DNA of 64,000 nucleotides from NCBI GenBank assembly GCA_964497805.1, contig CAZCFB010000013.1:4029-68028 (forward strand), in the 5' to 3' direction. Positions 61,750-64,000 of this stretch are shown here, piece after piece (the first letter of the stretch is position 1; every line of letters starts with the position of its first letter). A model generated the notes under the pieces. That model searched no databases, was not told the DNA's origin, and worked only from the letters and a program-made list of their open reading frames with translations. The stretch is from an uncultured Kofleriaceae bacterium. GTDB taxonomy: Bacteria > Myxococcota_A > Polyangia > GCA-2747355 > CAZCFB01. Position numbers and translations under genes: made by a program.

Positions 61750-62970
61750 ATGCGATCAAAGACCACCCAGCTGCTGATCCTGACGTTCCTGGTCCTCTGC
61801 ATCCCCGGCTGTTCAGAGGAGAGGACCATCTCACCTGGAAAGGATTCAGGGGAAGATCTGGCTCAAGCCGCGGATCTGAGCACAGCTCCCGACAAGGGGC
61901 CGGCGGCCAAAAAGCTCAAGATCGTCTTCATCGGCAACAGCCTCACCTTCGTCAACAACCTCCCGCTGGTGCTGATGAACGCGGCGGCCTCAGCCAAGCC
62001 GGCGTGGAGCATCGCGGCCGGCAAGAACCACACGCCAGGCGCCTCCTCCCTGAGCTCCAACTGGCAGTCCTGGTCAGGGTCCAGCCGCGGCACCGAGGCG
62101 CTCGACCTGATCCAGAAGGTCAAGCCAGACATTGTCGTGCTCCAGGATCAGAGCTCGGGACCGTCGGTGGCGACCTACACGGAGCTGTGGCACGGCTGGA
62201 TCCAGGCCGCCGGAGCCCGCACCGTGCTGTTCATGACCTGGGGCACCGGCGACATGGGCGGGCCGGTGTTCAAGCAGAGCGCGGGCTACCTGGAGAGGAT
62301 CTACAACAAGGCAGGACAGCGTAACGGCGTCACCGTGGCCCCGGTGGGGACCGCCTGGCAGCGTCACTACGCCAAGTCGAAGCAGTACTTGCACAGCGGG
62401 GACGCGCTGCACCCCGCCCCCCACGGCACATACCTGGCCGCCATGGTCTTCTTCGCCACCCTCACCGGCCAGAACCCCAAGGGCCTCTCGTCGGGGGGGC
62501 TCAACATCTCCACTGCCGATAGAGCCGCCCTGCAACAGCTCGCGTGGGAGACCTACTCGGCATCGCCCCAGGCCGATCTGAGCAAGCAGGTAAAGACCCC
62601 CCCCAAGGATGACCACGCCAACACCCCGGCCGGGGCGACCAGCTTGACCCTGGGAAAACCCGCCAGCGGCAAGCTCCCCATGACGGACGTGGATGTGTTC
62701 AGCTTCTCGATGCCCAGGAGCGGCAAGCTCTCTCTGAGCATTCAGGGCGTCGGCAAGGTCCTTGACCTGATGATCCTTGATGAGAAGGAGAAGATCATCG
62801 GGCGCAACAACCACGCCTCCTCCAAGCTCACTGTGGCGGACTACTACTTCAAAAACCTCGGGGAGAGCCCGACCTTGAAGGCCGGAAAGTACTACCTGCG
62901 GGTGAGCGGGATTACCCCCGCGGCCAGCACGGTGGCCGCGACCTACACCATCACCTCCCAGGCGCCCTGA
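61750..62970 (+). CDS. SGNH/GDSL-like hydrolase lipoprotein with a C-terminal beta-sandwich domain
   Basis: Lipobox LVLCIPGC. IVFIGNSLT block-I-like motif. C-terminal ~110 aa beta-rich domain. Confidence 0.55.
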   Translation: MRSKTTQLLILTFLVLCIPGCSEERTISPGKDSGEDLAQAADLSTAPDKGPAAKKLKIVFIGNSLTFVNNLPLVLMNAAASAKPAWSIAAGKNHTPGASSLSSNWQSWSGSSRGTEALDLIQKVKPDIVVLQDQSSGPSVATYTELWHGWIQAAGARTVLFMTWGTGDMGGPVFKQSAGYLERIYNKAGQRNGVTVAPVGTAWQRHYAKSKQYLHSGDALHPAPHGTYLAAMVFFATLTGQNPKGLSSGGLNISTADRAALQQLAWETYSASPQADLSKQVKTPPKDDHANTPAGATSLTLGKPASGKLPMTDVDVFSFSMPRSGKLSLSIQGVGKVLDLMILDEKEKIIGRNNHASSKLTVADYYFKNLGESPTLKAGKYYLRVSGITPAASTVAATYTITSQAP

Positions 62971-62974
62971 GGGA

Positions 62975-63754
62975 TCAGCCCGGGCCCACCTTGAGGACCA
63001 TGCCGTCCTGGGCCAGTCGCACCGGGCCGTCAAAGCGATCCTTCACGGTGACCACGGGATCTGCGGCCTCAATGTGCGGGTAGAGGTGGGTCAGGACCAC
63101 CTCACGGCAGCCAGAGTCGCGGGCCAGGTCGCCCACCTCGCTGGCCTTCATGTGGCCCGTGATCTCTTCCTCTTCCATGACCGAGCACTCGCAGACCAGC
63201 AGGTCCACGCCCCGGGCGGCTTGTCGGAGCCCGGCGCAGGGGCCGGTGTCGCCGCTGTAGCAGAAGGAACCGTGCCCGGTCTCCGCCCGAAAGCTGAAGC
63301 AGTGCTCCGTGTGTTCAGCCGACAGAGGGGTGAGGCGGAGGCTGCCCAGGACCAGGGGCTCGCCAGGTGAGAGCTCCACCACCGTGACCTCGCACCCTGG
63401 TGGCTCTATCCAGCGGCCATATACCCCGCGCAGGGCCTGCATCAAGGCTGATACGCCCGGTGGCCCCCAGATAAAGAAGGGCTGCTCCCGGGGGGGGTGA
63501 GCCGGGTTGACCAGGGCGAACAGGAGCGTGACAAGGTCGCCGGTATGATCCGGGTGGAGGTGACTCAGGGCCACTCCGGCGAGGGTTTGAAGGGATCCAC
63601 CGGCGTTGGCCAGGGATCCCGCTGCCCCGGAACCGCAATCCAGGAGGAGGCTGGCGTCCGGGGTGCGTACAAAATAAGAAGCCGGGCGGCGCCCTGGTGA
63701 TGGAATGGAAGTACCAGAACCGAGAATCGTCAATGAAAACTTGCTGTTCTCCAC
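62975..63754 (-). CDS. MBL-fold metallo-hydrolase (RNase Z/BN-like)
   Basis: LTILGSGTSIPSPGRRPASYFV...HLHPDHTGDL motifs. Confidence 0.65.
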   Translation of the reverse strand: MENSKFSLTILGSGTSIPSPGRRPASYFVRTPDASLLLDCGSGAAGSLANAGGSLQTLAGVALSHLHPDHTGDLVTLLFALVNPAHPPREQPFFIWGPPGVSALMQALRGVYGRWIEPPGCEVTVVELSPGEPLVLGSLRLTPLSAEHTEHCFSFRAETGHGSFCYSGDTGPCAGLRQAARGVDLLVCECSVMEEEEITGHMKASEVGDLARDSGCREVVLTHLYPHIEAADPVVTVKDRFDGPVRLAQDGMVLKVGPG

Positions 63755-64000
63755 CTGATCTCCCTCAAACGCGCTCTGCGGGCTGCCCTGGGTTAGACTC
63801 TATAATCATGTGCAAGTATCAGGCGCGGCGGCGTGGGCGGCAAGGTCGGGGCGAACTTCCTTTTGGATCGGCTGAACATTCTGCCGCCGACGGGCAACTT
63901 AGTATTTGTAATGAGCAGACGACCTACAGATACGATTCCGCTGCAGAGGCCCATGGCTCGTAAACCCTCAATGCCCACGGGCGAGCTGGTCTGTAAGTGC

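Overview
The window is 64 kb of high-GC (roughly 68-70%) bacterial chromosome. The gene content points to a Myxococcota-type deltaproteobacterium. Evidence for that includes many secreted lipoproteins with Cys-rich (MopE-like), thrombospondin type-3 Ca-binding and von Willebrand A (VWA) modules, a Hanks-type Ser/Thr kinase, a PrkA kinase, a GAF sigma-54 activator, a GAF histidine kinase, and a GldG-type ABC system. Gene density is high on both strands. Most other entries in the six-frame track are antisense or shadow ORFs typical of high-GC DNA.

Housekeeping anchors are polA, an EF-G paralog, a DnaK-like Hsp70, dinB, Bacillus-type sdhCAB, a UbiB kinase and two tandem NAD-dependent epimerases.

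Three loci deserve attention:
(1) A minus-strand operon at 51.2-56.5 kb. It encodes a Tat-signal plus lipobox protein that is almost entirely (V/T/P)KYGG repeats. Its stop lies 18 nt upstream of a radical SAM/SPASM enzyme. That enzyme's stop overlaps (ATGA) the start of a Kelch beta-propeller lipoprotein. A double-TM VWA protein sits upstream. This looks like an undescribed rSAM-dependent maturation system for a repeat lipoprotein.
(2) A cluster at 30.7-38.4 kb with a GT-C-fold membrane glycosyltransferase followed by four tandem cobalamin-binding (class B) radical SAM paralogs.
(3) A tandem duplication of a large TSP3 / Cys-rich / VWA lipoprotein at 7.8-12.8 kb, directly downstream of a GAF sigma-54 activator. 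Each copy carries a conserved multi-hairpin 3' element whose stems show compensatory base changes.

I could not support any tRNA, rRNA, CRISPR array or transposase from the sequence.
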